Below, in pieces: positions 26,764 to 39,454 of a stretch of 64,000 nucleotides of DNA; within the stretch, counting starts at the first letter, position 1, and each line of letters opens with the position of its first letter. This stretch comes from Octopus vulgaris (Eukaryota). The position numbers and the translations under genes are program-made. The notes under the pieces are model-generated. The model ran no database searches. It was not told the origin of the DNA and saw only the letters and a list, made by a program, of their open reading frames with translations. The stretch is from positions 26,784,001-26,848,000 of the forward strand of contig OX597818.1 in the NCBI GenBank assembly GCA_951406725.2. The letters are read 5' to 3'.

Positions 26764-27400
26764 ATCATCATCATCATCATTTAACGTCCGCTTTCCATGC
26801 TAGCATGGGTTGGACGATTTGACTGAAGACTGGTGAACCAGATGGCTGCGCCAGGCTCCAATCTGATCTGGCAGAGTTTCTACAGCTGGATGCCCTTCCT
26901 AACGCCAACCACTCCGAGAGTGTAGTGGATGCTTTTACATGCAACCGGCACGAGGGCCAATCTGGCGGTACTGGCAACGGCCATGCCCGAAATGGTGTTT
27001 TTTAACGTGCCACCTGCACAGGAGTCAGTCCAGCGGTACTGGCAACAACGTCGCTCGAATATTTTTTCACATGCCACCGGCACAAGTGCCAGTTATATAT
27101 ATGTATCATCATCATTTAACGTCCATTGTCCATGGTGGTGTGGGTTGGACAGTTTGACCAAAGGCTGCACCAGACTCTAGTCTGCTTTTGTCATGCTTTT
27201 CTACATCTGGATGCCCTTCCCAACACCAACCACTCCAAGAGTGTAATGGGTGCTTTTACATGCCATGGATATGGATGCCATTTACGTGACACTGGTATCT
27301 GCCACAACTGTGGATTTTGCTTGGTTTCGTATGTCTTCTCAAGCACAACATAATGCCAAAGGTCTCAGTCATTGCCTCCGTAAGGCCCACCACTCAAAAG
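26764..27400 (-). mobile_element. Two tandem RTE-3'UTR-derived short repeats ((CAT)n tails on +)
   Basis: Match the 3' UTR at 48541-48830 (CTGGATGCCCTTCCTAACGCCAACCACTCC). Plus-strand copies occur at 29620-30136 and 38710-39195. Confidence 0.75.
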
Positions 27401-29167
27401 AGGAGATGACAAGAGACCATGCTGAAATCACACTTGGGTTTTTCACTAATCTATAATAATAAATCCAAAATTCTGTCTGTCCATCTAGGACCCTTGTCTC
27501 TCAATCTACATTTGCTCTACATAGACATACCTTTTTGGAATCAGGATGATCTTGGGATTGAAAATTTATCCTTTATTTAGTTCTTGAATATCCAGCATTG
27601 GCATCCGCTCTGGATGGGGATTTGTTATATGCTAACAGTTGGAAATTCAAATTTTAAAAGAACTCCAAAAATTTCAACTTACAAGTTTTTCATTTAGATT
27701 TCATTATAGTCTCTTTAGTTTTGGGTCACAGTCCCAATTAGCCTTCTGCAGGAACTAGCCTAACAGTCCACATGGAGTGCAGCTTTTAAGCTAGTAAGAA
27801 AATAAATCTATACCACAAGATGATGTGCTTTGGTTTGGTGCTTTAACAATTGTGTCACAGCATTTTATTTTTCTTAAAGCACTATAAAATATTTTTGTGA
27901 TCTAACCATTCCATGGCAACTATTCCTAGATATAAGCGTCAAACTTACACTACTCAATCAGTAAATACGTTTTTTGATTACTTTTTGGAGATGTACTGTT
28001 ATCTTTGTTGCTATTATTTGTATTTAAACATAAGTCAGCTGTAATCAAAAAAGATACTTATGATTAATGGTGCTCCATTTGTGACCACCCCATCTTATTT
28101 TCAAACTACTCTATCCAGTGTGTTCTCCTCTTATTTAAAATAGTAGGGTGTGATTTGAGGGAAAGTTTGCTGGTATTTCCAGCAAGTCAAGCACCTACTT
28201 AGAGCCTCCCACATTAGTACAGGCTACTCAACATAGTAGCTGGGCCTTAAAAGTTAGTTTTAACATATCTTCAGCATTGTAAAGTATATAATTGGAAATA
28301 GTAGAAAGAAGTTCATTATAGAGTCAGATATGTATTAAATGAATGACAGATTCTTGCTTCATTGCATATATTGCAATAGCAAAGATTGTCTGGTCTTTTT
28401 CTAAAATACAAGATTTCATTATAGTCTCTTTTGGTAAAGTATATTGTTCAACTTGTCTCAATTTATCTTACAGTTATAACTTTATGGTAAAACAACTGGA
28501 CACATAATTCAGTGAGTTAGATGTTCTTTTGTAAAATAATCATATTAGATTTTTAAACACTATTCTATCTACTATAGACACAGAAAGGAAAAAGCACCTA
28601 AAGAAAACTACTTAAAAAGAGATATATAATCTTGTAAAACAAAAATTTACCTCCGGTTTGATTCAGGTATGTGATGTTAATAAGCAACAAAAATAGCGAA
28701 ATAGGGATATCCATCACTCCTGAATGGGATTATGGGTGAGTTGTCTTGCCTGGCTATGACTTGCAGTGTTTCAATACCCAGCACTTTGAGGGTGTCATCC
28801 CCATTACACTAAGCTACAATGTACCAGCAAACAAGCAAAACCCATACATTGAGTATGTGTGGTTGGTAATGATTTCAACACTAGTGCCGCTTCTAATTCA
28901 TAATTGAATTTAATTTTATGTATGCATTGTCATAGCAAACCAGCAAATAGTTTTACACTGTTTATATATAGTCATATTTATTATATATAGTCTATTTATT
29001 GATAGTTTTGAAATAAAAAGCATATTTTTATACTAAAAATATTCTCCCAGGATTATAAGATTTTCTTGTTAAAACTGGGATTATCTTGCTTGATTTCCAT
29101 GAGATTTATTTTCAATTTTATTTTACTGATTCCTTGGATTATTAAAAAATTACAATTTTTTTATCAG

Positions 29168-29268
29168 GATGATGAAAATCCCACAAAAGCACTGGCATTT
29201 TGGTGGATTGATGACAATGGTCAAGAGATTAAATGGACATTTAAAGATTTGATAAAACTAACAAACAA
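29168..29268 (+). CDS. ACSM3-like: ACSM3-like exon 2
   Basis: ttatcAG|GAT...AACAA|GTAAGT, 101 nt, phase 0 to 2. Encodes DDENPTKALAFWWIDDNGQEIKWTFKDLIKLTN, matching the ACSM motif AFWWxxxxGxExKWxFxxL. Confidence 0.93.
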
Positions 29269-32200
29269 GTAAGTTTTTCCTAATCCACTATTTTGTATAT
29301 TTTTTCATTTTTATGTATATATATTGTATTTTCATTATTGTTGTAGTCTAGAAATTTAATTTTGTTGGTAGTCTATAATTTTTTATGCTGTTTATACAAG
29401 TGAAATTCCATTGTAATGAATACTAACAGATTATTCAGTATAATATATTTTTCCAATCCCTTACCACTATCCTTTTAAAAGGGTTTTATCTTAATCAAAT
29501 TCATGACAGTAAATATTTCCATACAAAACAAAGCTGAACCTGTTGTAGCCAAAATTTCTCCCATCAACAATAAGAAAAAAAGAATTTTTAAATATACATT
29601 TAAAGTATCCCTCATTCATTGGACAATGAACTTTGCTTGTGAAGACCTATTGAGGCAAATGTAAACAAATCAAAATTGCTGACATGGCCGATGACAGTAC
29701 CGCCTGATTGGCACTTGTGCCAATGGAATATTAAAAGCACACCCGAGCGTGATCATTGTCAGGGACACGGGGAAAGCACCATTCGAGCATGATCATTGCC
29801 AGCGTCACCTTACCAGCACATGTGCCAGTGGCACATGGAAAACAACATTTGAGCATGGTCGTTGCCAGTGCCACCAGACTGGCTCCTGTGCAGGTAGCAC
29901 GTAAAAACACCTTTGAGTATGGTCATTGCCCAAACCGCCTGACTGGCCTTTGTGCCGGTGACACGTAAAAGCAAGCACTACACTCTCGGAGTGGTTTGGC
30001 ACTAGGAGGTGCACCCAGCTGTAGAAACTTTGCCAAATCAGATTGAGCCTGGTGCTGCCTCTGGCTCACCAGTCTTCAGTCAAACCATCCAACCCATGCC
30101 AACATGGAAAGCAGATGTTAAACAATGATGATGATGTATCGAATAATTAGTGTAATAAAAAAGCAATCAGTCAATTAAAAGCAAATATAGTAAACTCATT
30201 AGTTGCAAAAAAACTGAACAATTATTTAAATGTAAGTTTTATTTTTTGTTTTTTTATTTTAATGCAACTAAAAAGGTGCGCCAATTGTTAAAGGTTGAAT
30301 AACTACTTAAATCTTCTTAAATAAAGCAAAAAACATGTCAAAAAATAAGGTTATGGTGGAGGAAATAAACAACTGACAAATATCTGTTTAGTCACTTGAC
30401 AACACCTTACAATCAAATTGTTTGTAGTTCAAAATGGCATGACATCTCCTAAACACATCCATTGCATTAGACAGATGCAGTATTACCAGAAGAAAAATTT
30501 CTGTTGTATCAAGGAACACACTTTTTATATAATTTTACTTATGTCTAATGAGTCCTCATTACCCACAAGAATTTCGTTTTTACCCCAGTTTGCTGACCCT
30601 TGAGGAAGAGGAATATGCAGCTAGCTCATTCAGAGGGGCAAAGGCTGTTGCAGTAAAAGTAAAAGAAGTAGAGAGAAGAAAGAGCACATCTGCAAGCTAA
30701 TGGGTGTAGCATGTCTGTGAATTAACACTTGTCACTTAATCCAATGATTGTTTTGATATGATTTAAAATGTTTCTTCGTGTGTAGTAGTAACTGCACCAT
30801 CCTAGATATAGGAATAGTACTTCAATGTATGGTATTTAGTTCAGTTTTGTAGAGAGTCAACAACCAAACAAGGCCAAGGTATTTTCTTGTCCTAGAGAGG
30901 AAGCTTAGTCTTTTTGACACAGTTTTGGTTAATGTATGTAAGATCACCTTGAGAAAATTTTAGAGATTGTGGAGACTAGCATTTGTTGTGGCTTTAAAAG
31001 TTTTAACTGTGAAATGAGAGGAGATCCCCACTCATCTCTCTATCATTTATCCCTCCATCACTTGTCTAACTGCAATATTCTGTTGTTGAAATTAAATGAG
31101 AACAGAACTATATATTTCATTGCCATCTTTTTCTGTAAAACTAATTATCTTTCTCAATGTCTGAAACCACATCACTTGACAGCCATCCTTCTTTTTTTAA
31201 CACTGTCCCTCTCCACTTACATTTTATGATGATCACTCTTTCATGCTACCAAAGTATCTCTTCTCCCCTGTACCACTCCCTGTTGACTTGCCCCTATCAC
31301 TATACATCTTTCACTCCGTGCATTAAAGTGTGTCTCTTCCCTCACACACAATCTATCCACCCATACGTCATCTCCCTTTTACGCATTCTCCCCTTGTTCA
31401 CTGTATCATCATTGTCTTATTATTACTATTCTGCTACTCTTCACTTCTCTCTGTTCTGCCAGTCATCACCTACTTCTTGAAATGGGAAGCAATTCTATTT
31501 TCTTGATTTTGTAAGTGGCAAGATTAATATATTTTCATTGAAACATGTTTCTATTCATGGAGGCAATGCTGGTCTGACATGAGGTATTTTTATTATACGT
31601 GTATGTCACAGAAGAGGAGTGAAGAATGGTATCATCTATGTAAGAATGTGTAATGTTTGAAGAGCTAGCAAGAAAATCAGTAATGTTTGGATGAAACATT
31701 TTGAAAGACATATATCAACTCTAGTATACCCTAAAGCACAATCATTTATTTCTTTCTATTTATGGATGATCCTTTCTAGCGAAACATCTCCTAAGCTTTA
31801 CAATTTGAATCCAAAAGTTAAAAAATTTTTAATTAAATTTTTCATTAATCATTTTGTTTGAATTATTGTAGCATCTGGGTAACTGGAAAAAGGAAGTCAT
31901 TTGTTTTTTAAATTAAGTTTTTCTCCTAGAAACATTTATGGAGTAAAAATTTACATGAAAGCAATTTGTTATGCTTCATAATTTGATAAATTAAAGTTTT
32001 CCAGTAACCTTCTTGTTTAAATGATAAAGAATGTAATCAAATTTTTTCCTCTTTCAATATCTCAAATTTCCTTGAACAGGAAAATGAGAAAAAGAGAAAA
32101 TTTAATTCTTAATATTTTAAAGCTTTTATCAACTGACTGGAAGGTATATAAATTAAAAGATCCATTAAACTGTTTCATATGATTCTGTCATTCATATTGA

Positions 32201-34074
32201 ATTAATAGGTTAGTAAAGAATTTCAATTTCAAAACATTTAAAGATTATAAAATTATAATATTAGCTGTTCAGTTGATACAAAGATCTCATATTGTGATAA
32301 AGAACTGCACATAATATTTAATGCAAAGAATTGGAAAGGGAAATGCAGAATAAGAGCTAGAAAATTAGTACATGAGCAATTGACTCTGACAACTGAAAGG
32401 TTGTGAGTTAAATTAAATCATTTTATTCGTGGAAACTTCACAAAAATTTTTTTAATTAATTCCCTTAAATAATTTGGATATTTTTTCATTTCATACGAAT
32501 AAGTATTTCATTTAATAACTAATTTAATAACTGAATACAAAATTCCATTGATTTTATTTTCATGAAATGGAAACAATACTTTTTTGCTGGATTTTAACTA
32601 AAGCAATAAGTGATGAAGTAGGAATTATGTCTAAACAGGGCCTCTAAGATAGGTGTTCAGTTGGTACATCAGTCCAGAGCCAGAGAGTCAAGGAAGAGCA
32701 TGTGAGTATCTGATGGGCCTCTCCCTAAAAATAATAAAATAGCTACCCTAGTCACAGTTCTCTTGAATTTTGAGCAGATTACACACAAGCACACACACAC
32801 ACACACACACGTAAATAAGCCCAAGAGCATTGATGTTCCACCATTTGAAGTTTCTCATAGAGGTCCTTGCATTTATTTTCAAAGTAAAATTACCATTTCA
32901 CACAAAAGAGACATCTTGATAAAGGTTATAATTATTATTGTCAATCTAGTGAAGCAGACTCTACGAAATGACTAAAAGAGTCACAATGTGTAAATGGTTG
33001 GGAGCTCAGGATGTGTATCTTATGTATTTTTGTTCTAGAATGATACTGCATTTTAGGTAATTAAAAACGTATCTGCTCCACCATCCATCCACCCCACCTG
33101 CATACACTTTAGCTACTCTACAAATTTCAAAGACAAATATTGCAAGAGAAGGAGAGTGTTCAACTCACTTACCACCAAAATATCAGTGATTTGAGAGTGC
33201 CTACCCATCATAGCAAAACTGATTCTGAAAGCACATGTACAAATCAAAGCCCAATTCATTCATCAAACTTTCCTCACCACCTCTTTTCTTTATCATTAAT
33301 CCCTCCATCACTTATCTAACTGAATATTCTGTTGCTGTAATTAAATGAGTGCAGAACTATATATTTCATCATCATCTTCTGTGATACCAGTTATCTTTCT
33401 TACTGCTTGGAACCACATCACCTGACATCCGTTCTTCTTTTACCCCTCTCTGTACTGCCAGTTATCACCTACGCTTCCGTATGTTCCCTCCATCTCATGT
33501 TTATCATCAACCCCTCCTCATTCCTTATTTAACTCCCACTGTATTCACCTTCTGCCCAACCTCATTTCTAATCATTCCTCACTATCTACCCACCCACACT
33601 TCCTGTTCTTTTGTCCCCTACTCACTTCTATCTACTTGGTACCCTGAAGGCTCACACTGACCCCACATAACCACCATCTTTATCTTTGTTACCAGTCCCA
33701 CCCTAATTACTCTCACCCACTCTTATATAAGGAGAGTAGCTATGTATCCCTTCTACAAGCAAGAAACCTGTTCCGCCCCACTTCTTTCATAATTTAATCT
33801 CTCATTGCTTAGCATAAAGCTGCCCACTTCTCATCTGTAGTCCCACGTAGTCAATGACAACCTCACTGGTGCTTACATCATGTAAAAAGCACTCGGTATA
33901 CTTTAAAGTGGTTGGAATTAGAAAGAACATCAAACTATCATAACCTTACAGAAGTAGATATTGGAGCATGATGCAGTCCTCCAACCTGTCAGATCCTGAG
34001 GAACTGTTCAGTCCATGCCATCATGGAAGATGAACATTAAAAGACGACAATGATGATAATGAGGCACACATACA

Positions 34075-34109
<35 letters not shown>

Positions 34110-34283
34110 CATCCAACCCGTGCTAGCACAGAAAACGGTCGTTAAACGATGATGATGATGATATATGTTATCATCATTTAACATCCACTTTTCTATGCTT
34201 GTATGGATCTGGTGGAATTTGTTGAGGCAGATTTTCTATGGCCTAATGCCCTTCCTGTTGCCAACTGTCACCTGTCCTTATTC

Positions 34284-35392
34284 TTAATGCAAGTTTCGAA
34301 GAGTACAGTTTGATTTTAACAGTTATTTTTTCAAAGCTATAATGGAAGTGACAAAAGAGCATATTCAGCATATTTTGCTTTATGAGTTCAATAAAGGCAA
34401 CATCACAACAGAAAGTGCAAGAAATATTAATGCAGTATATGGGGTTCGGGCAATAAGTGTTAGCTAGTGTCAACAGTAGTTCCAGAAATTCTGAGCCGGA
34501 AACTACAGCCTAGAAGACAAGCTTCATCTTGGAAGATCTGTAGAGCTCAATCAGGACAAAATCCTATCATAACTGTTGAGGAACTAGCAGAGAAGCTTGG
34601 ATGTTGTCATTCAACTATTCATCAACACATGTATACCATTGGAAAAGTCAGCAAATTGGGTCGATGTATTCCTCACAAACTTCCCAAATCTAATCACACA
34701 CAGAGAATGAATGTGTGCTCTTCTTTGCTGTCACATCTCACGAATGAACCTTTTTTGAACCGGTGTCAAGAAATGGTTCTCTATAAAAATGTTAAGCACT
34801 GAAGCCAGTGGGTAGAGAAAAGAGAAATACCAGCACCCAGGCTAAAGAAGGCCTTCGCCCACATAAGGTATTGTTATCTCTTTGGTGGGATATGAAAGGT
34901 TTAGTCCACTTTGAACATTTAAACCTAAACCAAACGATAACAAAAGAGATCTACTGAGAGCAGCTTGAGCCAGTGCTAGAAGAAAAACAACCATCTTTGG
35001 TTTCAAGACAAAAGATGTTCTTCCATCAGGATAATACTTGGCCACATACAGCAAGGATGACATTCCAAAGGCTGGAGCAGTTTGAATGGGAAATGATGCC
35101 CCACCCACCATACTCGCCAGACATTGCCCCATCTGATTATCATTTATTCTGCAGTCTTTAAAATCATTTGGACAGGAAAAATATGAATTCTGTAGACAAG
35201 GTCAGAACAGTACTGGAGGAGTATTTTTCAAGAACAAGTGAATTTTGGAAGAGGAGCCTTGCAAGTCTACCAGATAGAAGAGCATTGTAGAAAATGAAAG
35301 AGAATATATTTTAGATTAAAAAAGAAATTTATCTTAATTTTGAAAAATAAAAGAAGTATAAAAAACTGCATTATTTATGGGATGACCCAATA
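34284..35392 (+). mobile_element. Mariner (DD34D) transposon fossil
   Basis: Fragments with HTH (ITVEELAEKL..HSTI), CIPHKL (WVPHEL-like), HQDNTWPH and HPPYSPDIAPSDYHLF. Right TIR ...ATTTATGGGATGACCCAATA. The left TIR is truncated. Confidence 0.9.
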
Positions 35393-36787
35393 TATATGTT
35401 ATCATTTAACATCCACTTTTCCATGCTTGCATAGATTTGATAGAATTTACTGAGGCAAATTTTCTATGGCCAGATGTCCTCCTTGTTGCCAATGTCACCT
35501 GTTTCTAATCAAAATAATATTTCCCATGCCCAGGTCAGTTTGTGTGTGTGTGTAGTGTAGTGTACCAATATAGACAGAAAATTATAATTAATGAGGGTGG
35601 TATACAAGTAGTCCTATGAAACTGAAATGGAATAGGGAAATTGAGAACCTGGAATTGACAAGCCAAACTCTCAACAACACTTTCAATAACTCAGAACTAT
35701 TAAGAAAGAAAGAAATACAGTAAGTACTCCAGTATTTTCCTTCAATAATCATAATTGCCTAACACATCAAGGGTACTCTTAAATGGACGGGACATGCAAC
35801 ACTGGCATTGGCCATAGCTGTGAAATTTACAACTTATAAGGAATAAATTTGAAGAATAAAGAGTGAAAGTAGATAGAAGAATACAGACAGGAGAATAAAG
35901 TTCACAGTTCTTTTTCTAGGGAGTATGGAGGTTGGTTTATACTTCTGTGAAGGTATAGGCACTTAGGTATAATCCTAGGTAAATCTAGGCAGTATTTTGA
36001 ATGATGCATTTATGTTGAAGTGGTTAGCTAGTATGTAAATGGTCCTTGTAGACATATAGAGAAAGACAGACACCACGAAGACAGAGTGAGTGAATAGAAG
36101 AGAGAGGAGAAAGAGAGAAAAGACAGGAATGGGATGATAGGGGTGGGAAAGAATGAATAAGAGCAAAAGTAAAGTCAAAAATCAAAAAAATTTTTTCAAT
36201 TTAAAAAAATTAAGAATAGAGATAAGGAGATAAGATGCCAGTATTATTCTTCATACGTTTTGGTTCAGGGTGAGAGGTCAGGTATTAAGGTTTTGATAAA
36301 ATGGAGGAGGAAAGTTTTCATGTCTATTACATAGATGGATCTAGGTTAGATGTGGTCAGTAGGGATAGCTAAAAATAGATGCCTAGCTTAAGGGGGTATA
36401 TGTAGGATAAAACTGCAATTAAATGAATAAAGGAAACAAATTAAAGAATTAAAATTTAGAAGTTAAATTGAAAATTAAAGCCAACTAGCTAGTTTCTAAG
36501 GTATTTATGTTGATAGAGAAGAAAAGGAAAGGAAAAACATATGTATATTGTAAGAACCACGAATGCATATATATATATATATAAAGTTCGGCAAAAATTT
36601 AGATTCAAATGAATATGGTACTTAATTTAGATGCACCAGAGTTTTGTATGGTGTTATCCATAAAAATCCGTGGGTTGATTATAATCAAAATAAGCATTAT
36701 AATTAGCATTATAAAATAAGATTATAATCAAAATAAGCAACAAGAATGACCGGAGGCTTATTTTGAGTATATATGTATATATATACA

Positions 36788-37176
36788 TAGGAGTGGCAGT
36801 GTGGTAAGTAGCTTGCTAACCAACCACATGGTCCCGGGTTCAGTCCCACTGCGTGGCATCTTGGGCAAGTGTCTTCTGCTTTAGCCCCGGGCTGACCAAT
36901 GCCTTGTGAGTGGATTTGGTAGACGGAAACTGAAAGAAGCCTGTCGTATATATGTATATATATATATGTATGTGTGTGTGTGTTTGTGTGTCGGTGTTTG
37001 TCCCCCAAGCATTGCTTGACAACCGATGCTGGTGTGTTTACGTCCCCGTAAGTTAGCGGTTCGGCAAAAGAGACCGATAGAATAAGTACTGGGCTTACAA
37101 AGAATAAGTCCCAGGGTCGATTTGCTCGACTAAAGGTGGTGCTCCAGCATAGCCACAGTCAAATGACTGAAACAAG

Positions 37177-37179
<3 letters not shown>
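36788..37179 (+). mobile_element. tRNA-derived SINE with internal microsatellite
   Basis: A-box-like TGGCAGTGTGGTAAG, B-box-like GGTTCAGTCCC, central (TA)/(TG) tract and A-rich tail. Related halves occur at 15080-15200, 56440-56560 and 58005-58220. Confidence 0.8.
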
Positions 37180-37221
<42 letters not shown>

Positions 37222-37605
37222 CTCCATTTGTCTGTTTTGGCATGGTTTCTTTGATGGGATGCCCTTCCTAACACCAACCACTTTACAGGGTGTACTAGGT
37301 GCTTTCAACATGGAACTGGCATGGGTGCATAAATTCTTTTGTAAGAAATACTTGATACATTCACAATATTTGAAGTCGATGTTTTTTTTTAATCTTACAA
37401 AAGAGAATGACACAAAACTTTTGGATTGAAAATTCTGTAATATGAAAACTTCATTCCAAAAGGTTCATGTTATTTTGTCTCTCTAACATATTATTCAAAA
37501 TAGTTAAAAACTTTTAAGACATTTTTTCCCCACACATTTATGCCTGCATGCATGCACAAACACATACACATGTAAAACTTAAATAATTAATCTTTTATTT
37601 TTTAG

Positions 37606-37718
37606 AGTGACCAATATTCTCCAGGTTTCATGTGGTCTTCAAAAAGGAGATTGTGTTATGATTATTCTTCCACGAATCCCAGAATGGTGGCTGCTAAATC
37701 TTGCAGCCTTTAAAGCAG
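37606..37718 (+). CDS. ACSM3-like: ACSM3-like exon 3
   Basis: tttAG|A GTG...GCA G|GTAATC, 113 nt, phase 2 to 1. Encodes VTNILQVSCGLQKGDCVMIILPRIPEWWLLNLAAFKA (ACSM LPRxPEWW). Confidence 0.95.
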
Positions 37719-39454
37719 GTAATCTTTGTTTTCTTACAATGCATTTAACATTTTTTTTAATTTCCAACTCTGATTTGAACTTTTGAGAATCTGATACTAA
37801 AAACAGAAATGACAATAAATTGTTTTACCCAAAGGGATTTCATGACTATTTCTGTCTTAATGAATTAAAACAAAGGAACTGAAGTTACTGATTACAAATG
37901 TTTCATTATAACTGTGTGTATTTTGTATGCATGCATGCGTGTGTGTGTGTGTGTGTGTGTGCATGCGCATGCATTGACATTTTATTTTTTACTTGTTCAG
38001 TCTTTGGACTGTGGCCATACTGGAGCACTGCATTGAAGGGTTTAGTCAACAAATTGATCCTAGTACTTATTTTGTAAGTTTGATATATATATATATATAT
38101 AACATTCAACTACGGTAGTAGCTGAATAATAGTCTTAGGGTCGCAATTTACTCACATGTGATATCTTTCAGAGTGTGTTACTAATTCGGTTCTTAATCAA
38201 ATGGAATACCATTAACATTTTTGAAGAGGACTGGCCCCTAGCTACATTTTGACATTAAAAAATTGAGATTTGGTTTAATAGAAAAAAGTTTACATCAAAA
38301 TTTGTAGCGATGTTATAGGAGAGTAAGTAACACCACCAATGAAGTTTAGATCTAAATAACATTTTTACTTTAAAAGCAAAATATATTTATCTTAGCTTCA
38401 ATGATAGAAGAAAGCATGAAGAATTTCAAAGTTTTGGTCCTGTGCAACAAAAGTTTGTATCAAAAAAGTTGTGAGGTAAAATATCATGAAAAGATGTAAG
38501 GCAAAAAATTGGATTTAAGTATAATTAACTTTTTTATTTTAAAAATAAACTATATTTTAATTAAGCTTAAATGATAGAGCTCAATTCAAGGAATTTCATG
38601 GTATCAATCTCATACAATGAAGTTTTAAAAGAAAAAAGTTATGAATGTTTGTTTCTCAAATTTCAGGGTGATAATATAGTTTTATACTTTTTTATGAATA
38701 TAGTTCTAGAACACCCAGCAAGCCAAGTGAGACTGTAACTGTGCCCTATGCCAGTGCAGCATAACCAGCCCATTTAAGAGTACCCTTCAATCATTGAACA
38801 ATAAACTGTGCTTTGCGAAGACCTGTTGAGTCAAGTGAAGTCATTGTCTTGGCTGATGCCAGTACCACCTGATTGGTACCCATGCTGGTGGCACATAAAA
38901 AGCACCATTTGAGCATGGTCAGTGCCAGTACCACCTGACTAGTCCCATGCTGGTGGCACATAAAAAGCACCATTCAAACATGGTTGATGCCAGTACTGCC
39001 TGACTGGCCCTTGTGCTGGTGGCATGTAAAAAGCATCCACTACAGTCTCGGAGTGTTTGGCATTAGGAAGGGCATCCAGCTGTAGAAACCTTGCCAGATC
39101 AGATTGGAGCCTGGAACAGCCTTCTGGCTTGCCAGTCCTCAGTCAAGCTGTTCAACCCATGCTAGCATGGAAAGCAGATGTTAAATGATGATGATGGGAC
39201 TTTTAATATATGTCACCAGCATCATTGAGGCAAGGAAAAAATTATCAACAACACCAGTAATTGACACATTTGATACATTATTATTTAGCATAATAGTATA
39301 GCCTGGAAAAATGCAATGAATAGAAATAATATTCTGAAGGTTATAAATCTGGAAAAGTGCAGGACAGGTTATTACACTTGAAAAAGTTCAGGACAGGTTA
39401 TTACATCTAGTAAAGTACAGAGCAAGAAAATTCCATGTTACATATATATATATA

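Noticed and set aside
34467-35161. Possible SETMAR-like gene (also 57646-57918)
   Set aside because: Disrupted mariner transposases with TIRs and no SET domain exons.
35850-36540. Possible further Penelope/GIY-YIG remnant on the minus strand
   Set aside because: Too degenerate to support by eye. It needs a translated search.
36788-36860. tRNA-like A/B boxes
   Set aside because: This is the head of a SINE, and no complete cloverleaf is evident.
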